A stretch of 64,000 nt of DNA from Thermodesulfobacteriota bacterium (GCA_964291405.2 OZ219926.1:2848001-2912000), one strand, 5' to 3'. Counted from the first letter of the stretch, positions 39,777-50,026 are shown. The notes: a model not told the origin generated them from the letters alone. A program made the numbers and translations.

Positions 39777-40841
39777 ATGCCGAACGAGCGGGGAGAGCCA
39801 AAATTGCGACTCGACCATTTAGCGGTCTGGGTAGAAGACATCGATAAAACGGTTGCGTTCCTGACCGAGACGGTTGGCTGGAAGCACCACCCCATGGTGG
39901 TTGAGGTCAGCACGGAAGACGAAACAACGGGTGGCATGAAAGCGGCCTTCGTTCATGGCGGTGGCTTGTGGTTGGAGCTGGTTTTACCAACCTCCCCCGG
40001 ACCCGGCATGGACATATTGAAAGAGGTTGGTCAGGGCGCCATTGTTGAGGTGAATTTTGAAGCGGTCGATGCGGACTATCGAAAAGTGCTTGAGGAGATG
40101 GACGCAAAAGGCATTCAGATGCTCAGCATGGACGGCTCTCCACTCAAAGATGGTGGCAGAATCCAGGAAAGCGTACGTGGGGATGCGGCGACCGCGGCGA
40201 CCGGACAGCTCATTGCCTACTGGCCGGCAGACGTCAGTTGTGGGACGACCATTGAAGTCTACGAGCGGCGGCTGGACGATGCGACCAACCTCCTAAACAT
40301 TCGCGACGAGGCATGGGCGAATGAAAAACCCAGGCCGCATAGTCCGCGCATTGATCGCGTGTGCATTCTCGTCGAAGACCTGTCGAAGACGGCGGAATTC
40401 TATACCGAAGTCATGGGGCTCAAGCGCCATCCCGCCGAATTTCGCCTTGACGGGGGTGCGCACAACCTTGGCGATATGCAGTGCGCGTTTATTGAGGCCA
40501 ATGGCGTTTGGGTGCAATTGGTTCAGCCGACGTCAGCCGGGTATGTGCTGGATCTTCTCAAAGAAAAAGGTGATGGCTATGCCCTGGAAGTGGCCGCTGA
40601 AGTGGACGACCTCGATGCGTTCTACGACCACATGGCGGCCAAGGGCATTACCATGGTCAACGGTGATGGGACTCCGTTGGCACCTGGAGCGAAGGGGCTC
40701 ACGGTCGAGCCGTCCGGTGACCGGCATCACTATTTCCCGTTGAACGAGAGTCAAGGGATGCGGATTATGGTATATGAACGTGGTCCCCGTCATACCAGTA
40801 TGCTGCATCGCCGTGATGACATTTGGGCGCGCGTTTCCTGA
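39777..40841 (+). CDS. Two-domain VOC/glyoxalase family protein
   Basis: LDHLAVWVED...LELV and IDRVCILVED...VQLV internal duplication. Confidence 0.75.
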   Translation: MPNERGEPKLRLDHLAVWVEDIDKTVAFLTETVGWKHHPMVVEVSTEDETTGGMKAAFVHGGGLWLELVLPTSPGPGMDILKEVGQGAIVEVNFEAVDADYRKVLEEMDAKGIQMLSMDGSPLKDGGRIQESVRGDAATAATGQLIAYWPADVSCGTTIEVYERRLDDATNLLNIRDEAWANEKPRPHSPRIDRVCILVEDLSKTAEFYTEVMGLKRHPAEFRLDGGAHNLGDMQCAFIEANGVWVQLVQPTSAGYVLDLLKEKGDGYALEVAAEVDDLDAFYDHMAAKGITMVNGDGTPLAPGAKGLTVEPSGDRHHYFPLNESQGMRIMVYERGPRHTSMLHRRDDIWARVS

Positions 40842-40876
40842 CCGGAACATACATGCAGGTGGACAGTAAGCCTGGT

Positions 40877-40975
40877 CAGAAAAAAACGCAAAAGACAGCC
40901 AAGCAAGACATTGAAATCGGCCAGCAGCGATATCGAATCGTGCAGCGGCATCAGCAAGCTCGAGAACGGGGGTAA
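40877..40975 (+). pseudogene. 3' remnant of a RelE/Gp49-like toxin
   Basis: QKKTQKTAKQDIEIGQQRYR...*, no start, 4 nt before the antitoxin ATG. Confidence 0.7.
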
Positions 40976-40979
40976 GGTC

Positions 40980-41267
40980 ATGAGTGTCACACGAGGCCAG
41001 GACAATGTCTTTGAGGACCTGGGGTTTGATGCAGAAGAAGCGGCCAACTTGAAAGTCCGCGCCGACCTCATGCTCGACCTACGGCAATACATTCAAGACC
41101 GGGACTGGACACAGGCTGAAGCCGCGGCCTTCTTTGGTGAGACTCAGCCTCGTATCAGCAATTTGATGAAGGGAGAGATTAGTCGCTTTAGCATCGATAA
41201 ACTGATCAACATGTTAGCTCGGGCCGGCTTGCGTGTCCGGTTCGAGATCGAAGCAAAAGCGGCTTAG
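40980..41267 (+). CDS. XRE HTH antitoxin (HTH_37 type)
   Basis: NVFEDLGF..EEAANLK, TQAEAA, QPRISNL, FSIDKL. Confidence 0.85.
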   Translation: MSVTRGQDNVFEDLGFDAEEAANLKVRADLMLDLRQYIQDRDWTQAEAAAFFGETQPRISNLMKGEISRFSIDKLINMLARAGLRVRFEIEAKAA

Positions 41268-41282
41268 CCGGACAGTCAAAAT

Positions 41283-41552
41283 ATGGAACGGATTGACAGC
41301 TTTCCTTCCGCGCGTCATGCTGAGGCAACCGAATCCGAACAATTGCTCCAGGCGCTGGTGGACCATACCTGTCAGCCGCCGCGCGTCTATCATCACCGGT
41401 GGACGGTCGGCGACGCCGTGCTATGGGACAACCGCCGCCTGCTGCACCAGTCCTGCCCCTGGGACATGACCGAAGCACGGGTGATGTACCACGCCCGAAT
41501 CGCCGGCGACCCCGCGTCCGAATTCGCCGGCCCCGGTTCTCCCAGCCTGTAA
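41283..41552 (+). pseudogene. C-terminal fragment of a TauD/TfdA dioxygenase
   Basis: HRWTVGDAVLWDNRRLLH...RVMYHARIAGD; only 89 aa. Confidence 0.75.
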
Positions 41553-41699
41553 TAGCATCTCTCCCACCCTTCTCATCCCCTCTTGCCGGAGGGAAAGAGG
41601 AAACGGTCCATCTTTGCTTTGCCAAATGGAGGACCGTCGGGCATGTACCGAACGCGCGCCCGCGGGGTGGGTTCTCTAGCCGGCCCAGCACACAGCCCG

Positions 41700-41799
41700 G
41701 CCCGTGCCAACCGCGTCAACGCCTCCGTAATCAGCCGCACCGCCTCTTCAAGGTCTGCGTCGGTGGTGCCAAAGGCGAGGCTGGACGGATTGAGCTTGC
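41700..41799 (-). pseudogene. 3' remnant of an IscS/DndA-like cysteine desulfurase
   Basis: ASSIR(x)SLAFGTTDADLEEAVRLITEAL after correcting one missing base. Confidence 0.5.
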
Positions 41800-41868
41800 T
41801 GCGGATGCTAGAAGACTGTTGGCAAGGCATCAATTCGGCTATAGACCTTCCATCGTCGTCTTGCGATT

Positions 41869-42844
41869 GTGAACCGTAACGAATTTCTTCAGAAGCTCGG
41901 CCAGGTAAAATTCTGGCGGACGCGCGGACAGCGCGCGCCACATAAGCCGCTACTGGTTCTGCTCGCGCTTGGCCGGGTCGCTCAGGGAGAGAAGCGCTTA
42001 GCTCGCTACGAACAGGACATTGAACGTCCACTGACAGACTTGCTGGAGCGCTTTGGACCGCCTCGCAAGAAAATTCACCCTGAGTATCCGTTCGGCCGTC
42101 TGAAAAATGATGGGCTATGGGAAATCCCGGACGGAGAATCGTTACCCACTACCGGGAAAGGAGATTTACACCGAAGTGGACTCATTAAACACTCTGTGAC
42201 GGGCGGTTTTCCCGAGCCAATCTACGAACTGCTCTTCTCCGATTCCGAACTCGTACAGCAGGCCGCTCAAGCGCTCCTCTACGAACATTTTCCCTATTCA
42301 CTACACGATGACATCCGCACCGCAGCCGGTTTCCCTACTGAATTTCTAGTACAGGAGTCCCCTAGTCCTCCTTATGGCTTGGTGGTGCCACGCCCTCCTG
42401 CCCGCACACGAGACCGGAACTTTCGTCACGCCGTCCTCCGCGCGTACGAGTGCCGTTGCGCTGTGTGTGGATTCGATCTCCGCCTGGAAAATGAACTCCT
42501 TGGATTAGAGGCCGCGCATATCAAGTGGCATTCGGCTGGTGGCCCGAGCAAGGTTCCGAACGGGTTGGCGCTATGCAGCATGCAACCATCATAAGGCGCT
42601 TGATCGGGGGGCACTCGGCTTGGCACCGGTCGCCAGGGGGTTCAAAGTACTCATTTCGGCCAAAGTCCACGGTGAAAGCGATGCGACGCGGTGGTTCTGG
42701 GATTGTCACAATGCGCCGCTCAGCCGTCCCCGCAGTGGTGAGTTCAAACCGAAAGCCGAGTTCGTGAAATGGCATACACGCGAGGTCTTTCGTAAAGGGC
42801 CACCACGGGATTCGTCGAGCCAGCCGACTGATGGCAGTTCATAG
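41869..42844 (+). pseudogene. SBD-HNH phosphorothioate-dependent restriction endonuclease, frameshifted at ~42582
   Basis: RAPHKPLLVLLAL and EYPFGRL (sulfur-binding-domain-like), CAVCG, EAAHIKWH, NGLALC; HHKALDRG continues in another frame. Confidence 0.75.
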
Positions 42845-42874
42845 ATACATATGCTGCTGGACTCTCCCGTCCGA

Positions 42875-42988
42875 TTACAGTTTTGGAAGAACACAGAGGA
42901 GATACAGTGTTCGATTACCTAGCGGACGCAGTAGTCGAGATGATGGAAAGCTAACAAGTGCGGACGTGTGACAGATGACGGCGGGCAT
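42875..42988 (-). pseudogene. 5' remnant of a DUF3368 (PIN-like) toxin
   Basis: MPAVICHTSAL overlapping the end of the UPF0175 gene, then degenerates. Confidence 0.45.
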
Positions 42989-43235
42989 GGGTCATATCTC
43001 GTCGAAGCTCTTCGTCCGACAGGTCGAAGGTATCGACGCCATAGTCCGCCAGTTTTGTCAGAAATAATGGCTTGGGTACACCGGCAAACTTCGCTGCCGC
43101 ACCGGTGGATAATCGACCCATCTCATAGAGCTTGACGGCGATAAGAATCTTCGCCTCTTCGCGGAACTGGTCTGGCGACAGGCCAAGCGCCAACAAAACC
43201 TCATCGCCATAGTCAATGGTCAGGGACCTCGTCAT
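42951..43235 (-). CDS. UPF0175 family antitoxin
   Basis: AVKLYEMGRLSTGAAAKFAGVPKPLFL..L..YGV. Confidence 0.85.
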   Translation of the reverse strand: MTRSLTIDYGDEVLLALGLSPDQFREEAKILIAVKLYEMGRLSTGAAAKFAGVPKPLFLTKLADYGVDTFDLSDEELRRDMTHARRHLSHVRTC

Positions 43236-43329
43236 CTCCTGCTCCAGGCTGATGCCAAGTGAATATGAGAGAGCCTAGCAGAATATGCCTTTACGTACCA
43301 TGTCGTCTCGTCCAAATGGAAATAATCAG

Positions 43330-43648
43330 GATACTCACTTACTCGCAGGCATGGAAAAATCCGTATTATCTCGGTACAGGTTCCGTAGAATAGAGGTTCC
43401 TCATCTATGAAAGCTAAAGAGTTCGACAAGAAATTCGACGATGGAGCGGTCGATATTGTCCAAGATTTGGACCTGACAACCGCACGGCGTCCGAATCAGC
43501 GCCTAGAGTAAGGGTCAACGTTGATTTCCCCGTGTGGATGATAGCCTCACTCGATAAAGAAGCGGCGCGCATTGGCGTTACTCGTCAATCCCTTATCAAG
43601 CTGTGGTTGGCGGAACGCCTCGAACAAGCGGCCCACAAGGCCCGCTAG
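43330..43648 (+). pseudogene. Degenerate BrnT remnant plus frameshifted BrnA/CopG antitoxin (43407-43648)
   Basis: GKIRIISV remnant; MKAKEFDKKFDDG...RRPNQ, frameshift near 43510, then RVNVDFPVWMIASLDKEAARIGVTRQSLIKLWLAERL. Confidence 0.75.
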
Positions 43649-43697
43649 TCAGACGACCGTTTTTGCGTACAGGATCAGGTTACAGAGACATCTGGCG

Positions 43698-44033
43698 CTA
43701 TAACGACCCCTGTTGGCCTTCAACCTCGGGCTTGCCGGGGAAGCGTTCGACCTTGATCGCGCTTTCCCTTTGTCGAGCCTGGGCAATATCGTAGCTATTC
43801 TGCATTCGCATGAGCGTGTCCATGCCAACACCGAAAGCCTTCTCGATACGCAGAGCCATTTCCGGGGAAAGCGAGGCGCGCTCGTTCAGAAGTGCCGAGA
43901 GCGCGGGCCGCGTGACGCCCAGCGCCCTTGCGGCTTCCGTAACGGAGAGCTTGAGCGGCTCGATAATTTCGGTTTTGACAAATCCACCCGGATGAGGCGG
44001 ATTCTTCAGCCTGTGGTTTTTGGATGTCTTCAT
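43698..44033 (-). CDS. higA: HigA family antitoxin
   Basis: NPPHPG, LSVTEAARALGVTRPALS, SPEMALRIEKAFG. Confidence 0.9.
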   Translation of the reverse strand: MKTSKNHRLKNPPHPGGFVKTEIIEPLKLSVTEAARALGVTRPALSALLNERASLSPEMALRIEKAFGVGMDTLMRMQNSYDIAQARQRESAIKVERFPGKPEVEGQQGSL

Positions 44034-44046
44034 TGGTTTCACCCTT

Positions 44047-44145
44047 TCAGTGGTAGTCCTCGTAGTCGAGGTCAACAATAGCGGTTTTTGTCTGGTCGAT
44101 CCGAAAAGTAATGCGCCAATTGCGAGAAACGAAGAGGCTCCAGGT
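44047..44145 (-). pseudogene. 3' remnant of a HigB toxin
   Basis: TWSLFVSRNWRITFRID...VDLDYEDYH*; N-terminus missing. Confidence 0.8.
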
Positions 44146-44153
44146 GAGCCAGC

Positions 44154-45608
44154 CTAACGCGCAGCCTGACGCATCAGCCGATGTCCGGCCAGACGGAGGC
44201 CGCGAGCGGCCAGGGCGGTCTGCCAGCCTTCTCGGGTGCCGATCAACTCGGGCTTTTCGTACAGTCCCTTTTTCTCCTCCTGGCGGGTCAGGCGGGCGAA
44301 TTTTTCATGCAGGGGATGGTCGGTGGCGATAAAGGTTTCCTTGCGGTGCAGAATCGGCGGGTTGGGCGACTCCCGGTAGGTGCGGTAGCGAATCTTGAAC
44401 GTCTGCAAGGGCACGAGCAGCGAGCTGGCCAGGGCCGGATGGGGGTCGCGCTCGAAGTCCGGGTACGAAAGATAAGAGACCTGGGGCTGGTCGCGGTGCA
44501 GTTTGATGATATTCGCACCCTCCACCACCCCGATATACGCCCGCGCACACCCCTCAAAGGCGCGCAGAATGGGCGGGAGTTGAGACAGGGCCGATTCGTG
44601 CACGTATAAGGCCTGACGCGTCAGTTTGCCGACAGCGGCGCTCCGGCAGGCCTGATCGACCGCGACACGGTCGCCGGCGGAGAACAGCAGATCGTCGGCC
44701 AGCGAGCAGGCCCGGTTATAGGACGAGAAAAACACGCGCACATCCCGCTGGAGGTCGCGCGGGAGCTGGGTAAAGCGCGGGCGGCCCTCGAAGCGTACGA
44801 GCGCGAGATAGAGGAGCAGGTCCTGCTGGCGCTCGGCCCGGATGCTGTTCCACTCCTCATCGCCGGTGACGCGGCGGATGATGCCATAGGCCCGTTTGAG
44901 GCTGCCCAACGCCTGGCAAATCGCGTCGGTCTCGGGCAGCTCGGTGTCCTCGGGTAAGCGCCCGCGGGTGGTCAGGAATCCGATCAGCGGCTCCAGGAGT
45001 TCCTTGTGTTGCTCGAACAGAACCTCGCTGAGACGCTGGCGCGGCACCGTAAACTGGCGTCGATAGCGCGCGGCGGCAAAAGACTGGCGTTGCTGCGGGT
45101 CCCGGAACACATAGAAAATCCCCGGTCCGGCCGGCACGCTCGAAGCGCCGAGTACAGTGTCGATCCACTCGCGGAGTTCCTGCTGTTCAAAGAATTTCTG
45201 GAAGGTCCCGCGACGGGTAATGCCGCCGTCGGTGTGGGGGGTCAGCGTATCGAGCGCCGCCTCCAGGCTGAGGCGGGCGGACACGATCAGCACTTTGCGG
45301 GCCAACGCCCAGGCCCGCCGCAGAGCGTCGGTGCGCTCTCTTGGGTTTTCGATCACGTTGACCACATAGCCCAGATTCACAATATCGGCCCGTGTTCGCT
45401 CGTTGTCCGGGAAATAGGCCGGGTCCCAACCCTGGCAGGCAATCTCCCGATGTTGGAGATGCAGGATATCCGTGCCCCGCCCGCAGCCATAATCAAAGAC
45501 GCTTGTCTCTCGGGTGATGAGGCCGTCCTCAAGCGCGAGACGGACCGGACGGGAGAGGTCGGTCCGCGTGATTGCGGTACGGTGTCGCTCAATCGTGGGC
45601 GCTGCCAT
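44154..45608 (-). CDS. DNA phosphorothioation-associated putative methyltransferase
   Basis: RHRTAI.R..LSRP, FDYGCGRG, GWDP, VNLGYVVNVIE, TFQKFF, PILHRKETF; start 45608 or 45632. Confidence 0.85.
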   Translation of the reverse strand: MAAPTIERHRTAITRTDLSRPVRLALEDGLITRETSVFDYGCGRGTDILHLQHREIACQGWDPAYFPDNERTRADIVNLGYVVNVIENPRERTDALRRAWALARKVLIVSARLSLEAALDTLTPHTDGGITRRGTFQKFFEQQELREWIDTVLGASSVPAGPGIFYVFRDPQQRQSFAAARYRRQFTVPRQRLSEVLFEQHKELLEPLIGFLTTRGRLPEDTELPETDAICQALGSLKRAYGIIRRVTGDEEWNSIRAERQQDLLLYLALVRFEGRPRFTQLPRDLQRDVRVFFSSYNRACSLADDLLFSAGDRVAVDQACRSAAVGKLTRQALYVHESALSQLPPILRAFEGCARAYIGVVEGANIIKLHRDQPQVSYLSYPDFERDPHPALASSLLVPLQTFKIRYRTYRESPNPPILHRKETFIATDHPLHEKFARLTRQEEKKGLYEKPELIGTREGWQTALAARGLRLAGHRLMRQAAR

Positions 45609-45782
45609 CGGCTCGTCGGCTGCTCGCGACATGAATTGCCGAGCAGAGTTCTCCGGCTGGTCACTATAATCCTGGTCCAACACGTTCTCAATATCGCGCT
45701 GTTGCTGCCTGACCCCTTGCACACTTTTGTCCGGCCTGACTACAATGGCTAACCGAATCGAGGAGCAAAGGAGGGACTCGGA

Positions 45783-46298
45783 ATGGCAAAAGCGAAACAA
45801 GTATTTGATGCGTTGGATGCGGCCCTGGTGCGGACCGATGCAGAAGAGTGGATTCAGAGCGGCGACGGGAATCAGTTCAAGGTGCTGCGGATCAGTAAAG
45901 AGACGGGTGCCTGGAGTGCGCTTATCAAGGCCGACAAGGGCCAGGTGAATCCGCCCCATACGCATCTGGGCGCGGCCGACTTCTACGTCATCTCCGGGGG
46001 CTTCGACTACCGGGGCGGGTCTGCGCGGGCCGGAGACTGGGTCTACGAACCGGCCGGTGCGGTGCATGAAGCAACTTCCCATCCGGTTGATACCATCTAT
46101 CTGGCCAACGTCTATGGGCCGGTCGGCTTCCACGACGAGAACGGCAATATCGCCCATGTGCTGGACTGGCGGACGATTCAGCTCATGGTTGATGAGGCCA
46201 AAAAGAAGCGGACTAAAGCCAAGGCCAAGCGGAGCACCAAAAAGCGCGCGACCGCGAAAGCCGCCAAAACCACCCGGAGCCGGAGAAAAGCCGCCTAG
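45783..46298 (+). CDS. ChrR-like cupin (2,4'-dihydroxyacetophenone dioxygenase-like) with a basic tail
   Basis: PHTH...YEPAGAVHE; K/R/A-rich C-terminus. Confidence 0.75.
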   Translation: MAKAKQVFDALDAALVRTDAEEWIQSGDGNQFKVLRISKETGAWSALIKADKGQVNPPHTHLGAADFYVISGGFDYRGGSARAGDWVYEPAGAVHEATSHPVDTIYLANVYGPVGFHDENGNIAHVLDWRTIQLMVDEAKKKRTKAKAKRSTKKRATAKAAKTTRSRRKAA

Positions 46299-46321
46299 CA
46301 GACAGAGAAGCAGAGGAACAC

Positions 46322-47959
46322 ATGGCAACGTCTTCTCACGATCCGCAGCCCGTCGGCACCCAGGCGGCCGATCAGTTTGACGCCATCGTCATCGGGGCCG
46401 GGGTGGCCGGTCTGTACCAGCTCTACCGACTGCGGGAGCTGGGGCTCTCGGTACGGGTGTACGAGACCGGCACCGGTGTGGGCGGGACCTGGTATTGGAA
46501 CCGCTATCCGGGCGCGCGTTTCGATTCCGAGAGCTATACCTATGGCTATTCGTTCTCGGAGGAACTCTTGCAGGAGTGGGACTGGAGCGAACACTTTGCC
46601 GGCCAGCCCGAGACCGAGCGCTATCTCAATCATGTGGCGGACAAGTTCGATCTCCGCCGCGACATCCGGTTCAGCACCCGCGTCACTGCGGCAAGCTATG
46701 ACGAGGCCACACACTGCTGGCAGGTCCGGACCGACACCGGCGAGCGGGTGCAGGCGCGATTTCTGATTACCGCCATCGGCGTCCTGTCCGCGCCGTATAC
46801 TCCCGACTTTGCGGGCCGTGACAGCTTTACCGGCCCGAGTTTCCATACGGGCCAGTGGCCCAAGGAGCCCCTGGACTTCAGCGACAAGCGGGTGTGTGTC
46901 ATCGGCACCGGTGCGACCGCCGTCCAACTCATCACCGAAGTCGCCAAGAATGTAGGCCAGTTGACCGTGTTCCAGCGCACGCCCAATTACTGCGCGCCGC
47001 TGAGGAACGGACCGATAGACCCCGAGACCCAGCAGCAAATCAAAGCCAACTATCCCGAGATTTTCAAACGCTGCCGGGAGACCTTTGCCAGCTTTCTGCA
47101 CGACTTTGATACGCGCTCGGCGCTCGAAGTGTCCGAGGAAGAACGGCTGGCGCGCTACGAAGAGCTGTGGGCCCAGCCCGGTTTCGCCAAATGGTTCGGC
47201 AACTTCGGCGACACCATGTCTGACCTGAAGGCCAACGCCACCATGACGGAGTTTGTCCGCAATAAGATCCGCGAGCGGGTCAACGACCCGGTGGTCGCCG
47301 AAAAGCTGGTGCCCAAGGACCACCCCTGGGGAACCAAGCGCGTCCCCTTAGAGAGCGGCTATTACGAGGCGTATAATCGGGACAACGTGGTCCTGGTTGA
47401 CCTCAACGAGACCCCGATCGAACGCATCACCCCCACGGGCGTCAAGACCAGCGACGCCGAGTATGCGTGCGATGTCATCGTGTACGCCACGGGCTTCGAT
47501 GCGGTCACCGGAGCGTTTAATAAGATCGATATTCGCGGGGTAGGCGGCCGGACGCTCAAGGACAAGTGGGCCGACGGGCCGCGCACCTATCTCGGCTTGC
47601 AGAGTGCCGGCTTCCCCAACCTGTTCACGGTTGTCGGTCCTCACAACGGGGCCACCTTCTGCAATATCCCGCGCTGTATCGAGCAGAACGTCGAGTGGGT
47701 GACCGATTGCCTGCGCTATATGCGCGAGCACGATTATGCCCAGATCGTTGCGACCCCGGAGGCCGAAGCCGACTGGACGGCTCACGTCGATGAGGTGGCC
47801 CAGGACACGATTCTACTCGATACCCCCTCCTGGTTTGTGGGGGCGAATATCCCCGGCAAAAAACGGACCTTCCTCATGTATGCCGGCGGCTCCCCGGCCT
47901 ACCGGAAAAAATGCGACGAGGTTGCGGAACAGGGCTACGACGGGTTTGTGTTGAAATAA
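46322..47959 (+). CDS. Type I Baeyer-Villiger monooxygenase
   Basis: GGTWYWNRYPGARFD, FTGPSFHTGQWP fingerprint, GTGAT, ATGFD. Confidence 0.95.
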   Translation: MATSSHDPQPVGTQAADQFDAIVIGAGVAGLYQLYRLRELGLSVRVYETGTGVGGTWYWNRYPGARFDSESYTYGYSFSEELLQEWDWSEHFAGQPETERYLNHVADKFDLRRDIRFSTRVTAASYDEATHCWQVRTDTGERVQARFLITAIGVLSAPYTPDFAGRDSFTGPSFHTGQWPKEPLDFSDKRVCVIGTGATAVQLITEVAKNVGQLTVFQRTPNYCAPLRNGPIDPETQQQIKANYPEIFKRCRETFASFLHDFDTRSALEVSEEERLARYEELWAQPGFAKWFGNFGDTMSDLKANATMTEFVRNKIRERVNDPVVAEKLVPKDHPWGTKRVPLESGYYEAYNRDNVVLVDLNETPIERITPTGVKTSDAEYACDVIVYATGFDAVTGAFNKIDIRGVGGRTLKDKWADGPRTYLGLQSAGFPNLFTVVGPHNGATFCNIPRCIEQNVEWVTDCLRYMREHDYAQIVATPEAEADWTAHVDEVAQDTILLDTPSWFVGANIPGKKRTFLMYAGGSPAYRKKCDEVAEQGYDGFVLK

Positions 47960-47999
47960 AGTGGCGCTGTCAGATTCTCAAACGAGGCCATTGAACACC

Positions 48000-49175
48000 T
48001 CAGTGCGGAGAGTCTGCTGTTCGCTCGGCTCCTGATTGTTGAGTGGTTGGGGGTAGGTGTACCCCATCAAGATACACCGCCACCGGCCGGGAAAGCGTCA
48101 GAAGATCGCGTTCAGGGTCTGCGTCGAGAATGAGAAAGCTGGCGGCGTGCCCGGCGGCGAGGGTACCAAGACCGTCCCCGAAACCCCAAAATTGTGCTGG
48201 TATCGTCGTCCCGGCAGCGAGAATTGCTTCATTATCAAGACCGGCCTTGCCCAAGAGTTCGAGCTCCTGGGGATTAATCCCAGGGAAGGTCGTATAGCCC
48301 ATGTCCGTACCGTACAGCACGGTGGCCCCGCCGGCCCGCAAACGGCGCAGGTTCTCCGCCGGCTCGGCTAAATCGGGGAAGGCGGCCAGGGTGGAAATGA
48401 CCGCGCGTCCGGACCACGCCTGCACTGTCGGATCGCTGAGGGGGTCGGTTGGGGTATGTGCCAGCACATCGACCCCAGCCACCGCCGCTCGCAGCACATC
48501 AATATCATTAAGCGCGTGCGCGACAACGCGCATGCCATATGAATGCGCTTGGTCGGCAATGGCCTTCATTTCCTGATCGCTGAGTATGGAGGGGTTTTTC
48601 GCCATTGAGAGGGCGCCCCCACCTGTTGCGTCGCCAACCGGCAGCTTGATAACCCGCGCTCCTGCCGCATGCAGGTGGTCCACCGCTGCTCGGGCCGCCT
48701 GCACCCCACTAATTTCCATTCCGTAGCCATCGCTTCCCCAGCTCCGGGTTGGGTAGCCGGTGAGGGCGGTCACCATCGGGCCGGCAAGTAGTGTTTGGAG
48801 CGGACTCAGATTTTTGGTCAGGAACGCAATCGGAGCGGCCAAATCAACCGCCGCCGCGATACCCCCACGCGCGAGTTCAGGAGCACTGAAGCGGTAGGCT
48901 AAATGCACGTGGCTGTCGATAAAGGCGGGCGCAAGATAACGGCCGGTGGCGTTCACGGTGCGTAGAGTATTGCTGGGCGCTGCCGATGTAATCTCTTCGA
49001 TGCGGCCAGCCCGAACGACCAGCGTTGCTTTCCCGTGGCCCACAATATGTCCACCGACCACCGCAAAGGTTGGGGTATTTTCTTCGTGAGGGGATACGCG
49101 CTCGTCAGCCAAGAGCGTGGACGCCATCATCAGAGCACTCAAGGCAGCATAGAAGATTGCTGCGTACATAGACAA
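48000..49175 (-). CDS. Amidohydrolase family protein, predicted secreted
   Basis: Signal peptide, DSHVH, AHA, GTD. Confidence 0.75.
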   Translation of the reverse strand: MSMYAAIFYAALSALMMASTLLADERVSPHEENTPTFAVVGGHIVGHGKATLVVRAGRIEEITSAAPSNTLRTVNATGRYLAPAFIDSHVHLAYRFSAPELARGGIAAAVDLAAPIAFLTKNLSPLQTLLAGPMVTALTGYPTRSWGSDGYGMEISGVQAARAAVDHLHAAGARVIKLPVGDATGGGALSMAKNPSILSDQEMKAIADQAHSYGMRVVAHALNDIDVLRAAVAGVDVLAHTPTDPLSDPTVQAWSGRAVISTLAAFPDLAEPAENLRRLRAGGATVLYGTDMGYTTFPGINPQELELLGKAGLDNEAILAAGTTIPAQFWGFGDGLGTLAAGHAASFLILDADPERDLLTLSRPVAVYLDGVHLPPTTQQSGAERTADSPH

Positions 49176-49243
49176 AAACCTCTGCCTTTCAAGCGGACGG
49201 ATGGAGGGATGCCGGCCTGCATCCGCTCGCAGAGCGAGGGCGT

Positions 49244-50026
49244 CTATCGGCGATCAATGAAGACGCGCTCTTTGGCTATCCACATGGCCGAGCGCGGAAA
49301 ATCAATGAAGTGGGACTCATCCTCGACCGCGATCTCCATGGCCCGTTTGGCTTCCGGGATGTTGGCCAGCGTGGCCAGGTCGGCCCGGTTGAACCAGGCT
49401 TCGGCGTGGCCGGTGTAGGGTGGGGTGGTTGTCCCGCGGCTGGCCCGCAGCTGGTCTTCCAACTCGTCTGCGTAGTAGTGCACCTGGAAATAGCGCTGCA
49501 TGCCCATGCCCTGGGCTACGCCTCGAATGACCGGGCCGTGGTTGGTACGCCAGTAGAGCTGGGCCTGTTCGAGGCTGAGATGCTCCGGATGGCGCAAACA
49601 AAAGAAAATTTTCACCAACGGGCCGGATTCTCGGGCCACCATTTCTTCCGGTATCGGGTTGACCTGCGGGTATTCGTAGTTGAACCACAACGGCGAATGG
49701 GCCAGGTCGATGAAGCGCGCCTCATCCTCGACGAGTTCTTTTGCCGCGGCCCGGCCGTCCGCGTTGTCCAGGCCTGAGGTGAGCGCCGCGCGGTTGGGCC
49801 ACCACACCTCCGCCACGCCGTCATAGGGTTCCTCCATGCCGCCTCGGGCTTCCGCGAGCTGGTCGTTAATGGGGTCGTCCAGGGTGTGCACCTGGACGTA
49901 GCGCAGCATGTTCAGCGCGGTGGAACTCTTTGCCACTAGGGGGCCGTGGACGTTACGCCAGTACTCTTGGAATTCGGCCCGTGACATCTCCGGTTTGCGA
50001 CGCAGGACAAAGGTCAAACGAATCAT
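49244..50026 (-). CDS. Tandem EthD-domain protein
   Basis: EFQEYWRNVHGPL, YDGVAEVW, EDEARFID, repeated twice. Confidence 0.85.
   Translation of the reverse strand: MIRLTFVLRRKPEMSRAEFQEYWRNVHGPLVAKSSTALNMLRYVQVHTLDDPINDQLAEARGGMEEPYDGVAEVWWPNRAALTSGLDNADGRAAAKELVEDEARFIDLAHSPLWFNYEYPQVNPIPEEMVARESGPLVKIFFCLRHPEHLSLEQAQLYWRTNHGPVIRGVAQGMGMQRYFQVHYYADELEDQLRASRGTTTPPYTGHAEAWFNRADLATLANIPEAKRAMEIAVEDESHFIDFPRSAMWIAKERVFIDRR

Noticed and set aside
45633-46328. 724-aa version of the PT-associated methyltransferase, suggesting a fusion
   Set aside because: The extension is mostly the antisense shadow of the cupin gene; family motifs begin only after 45608
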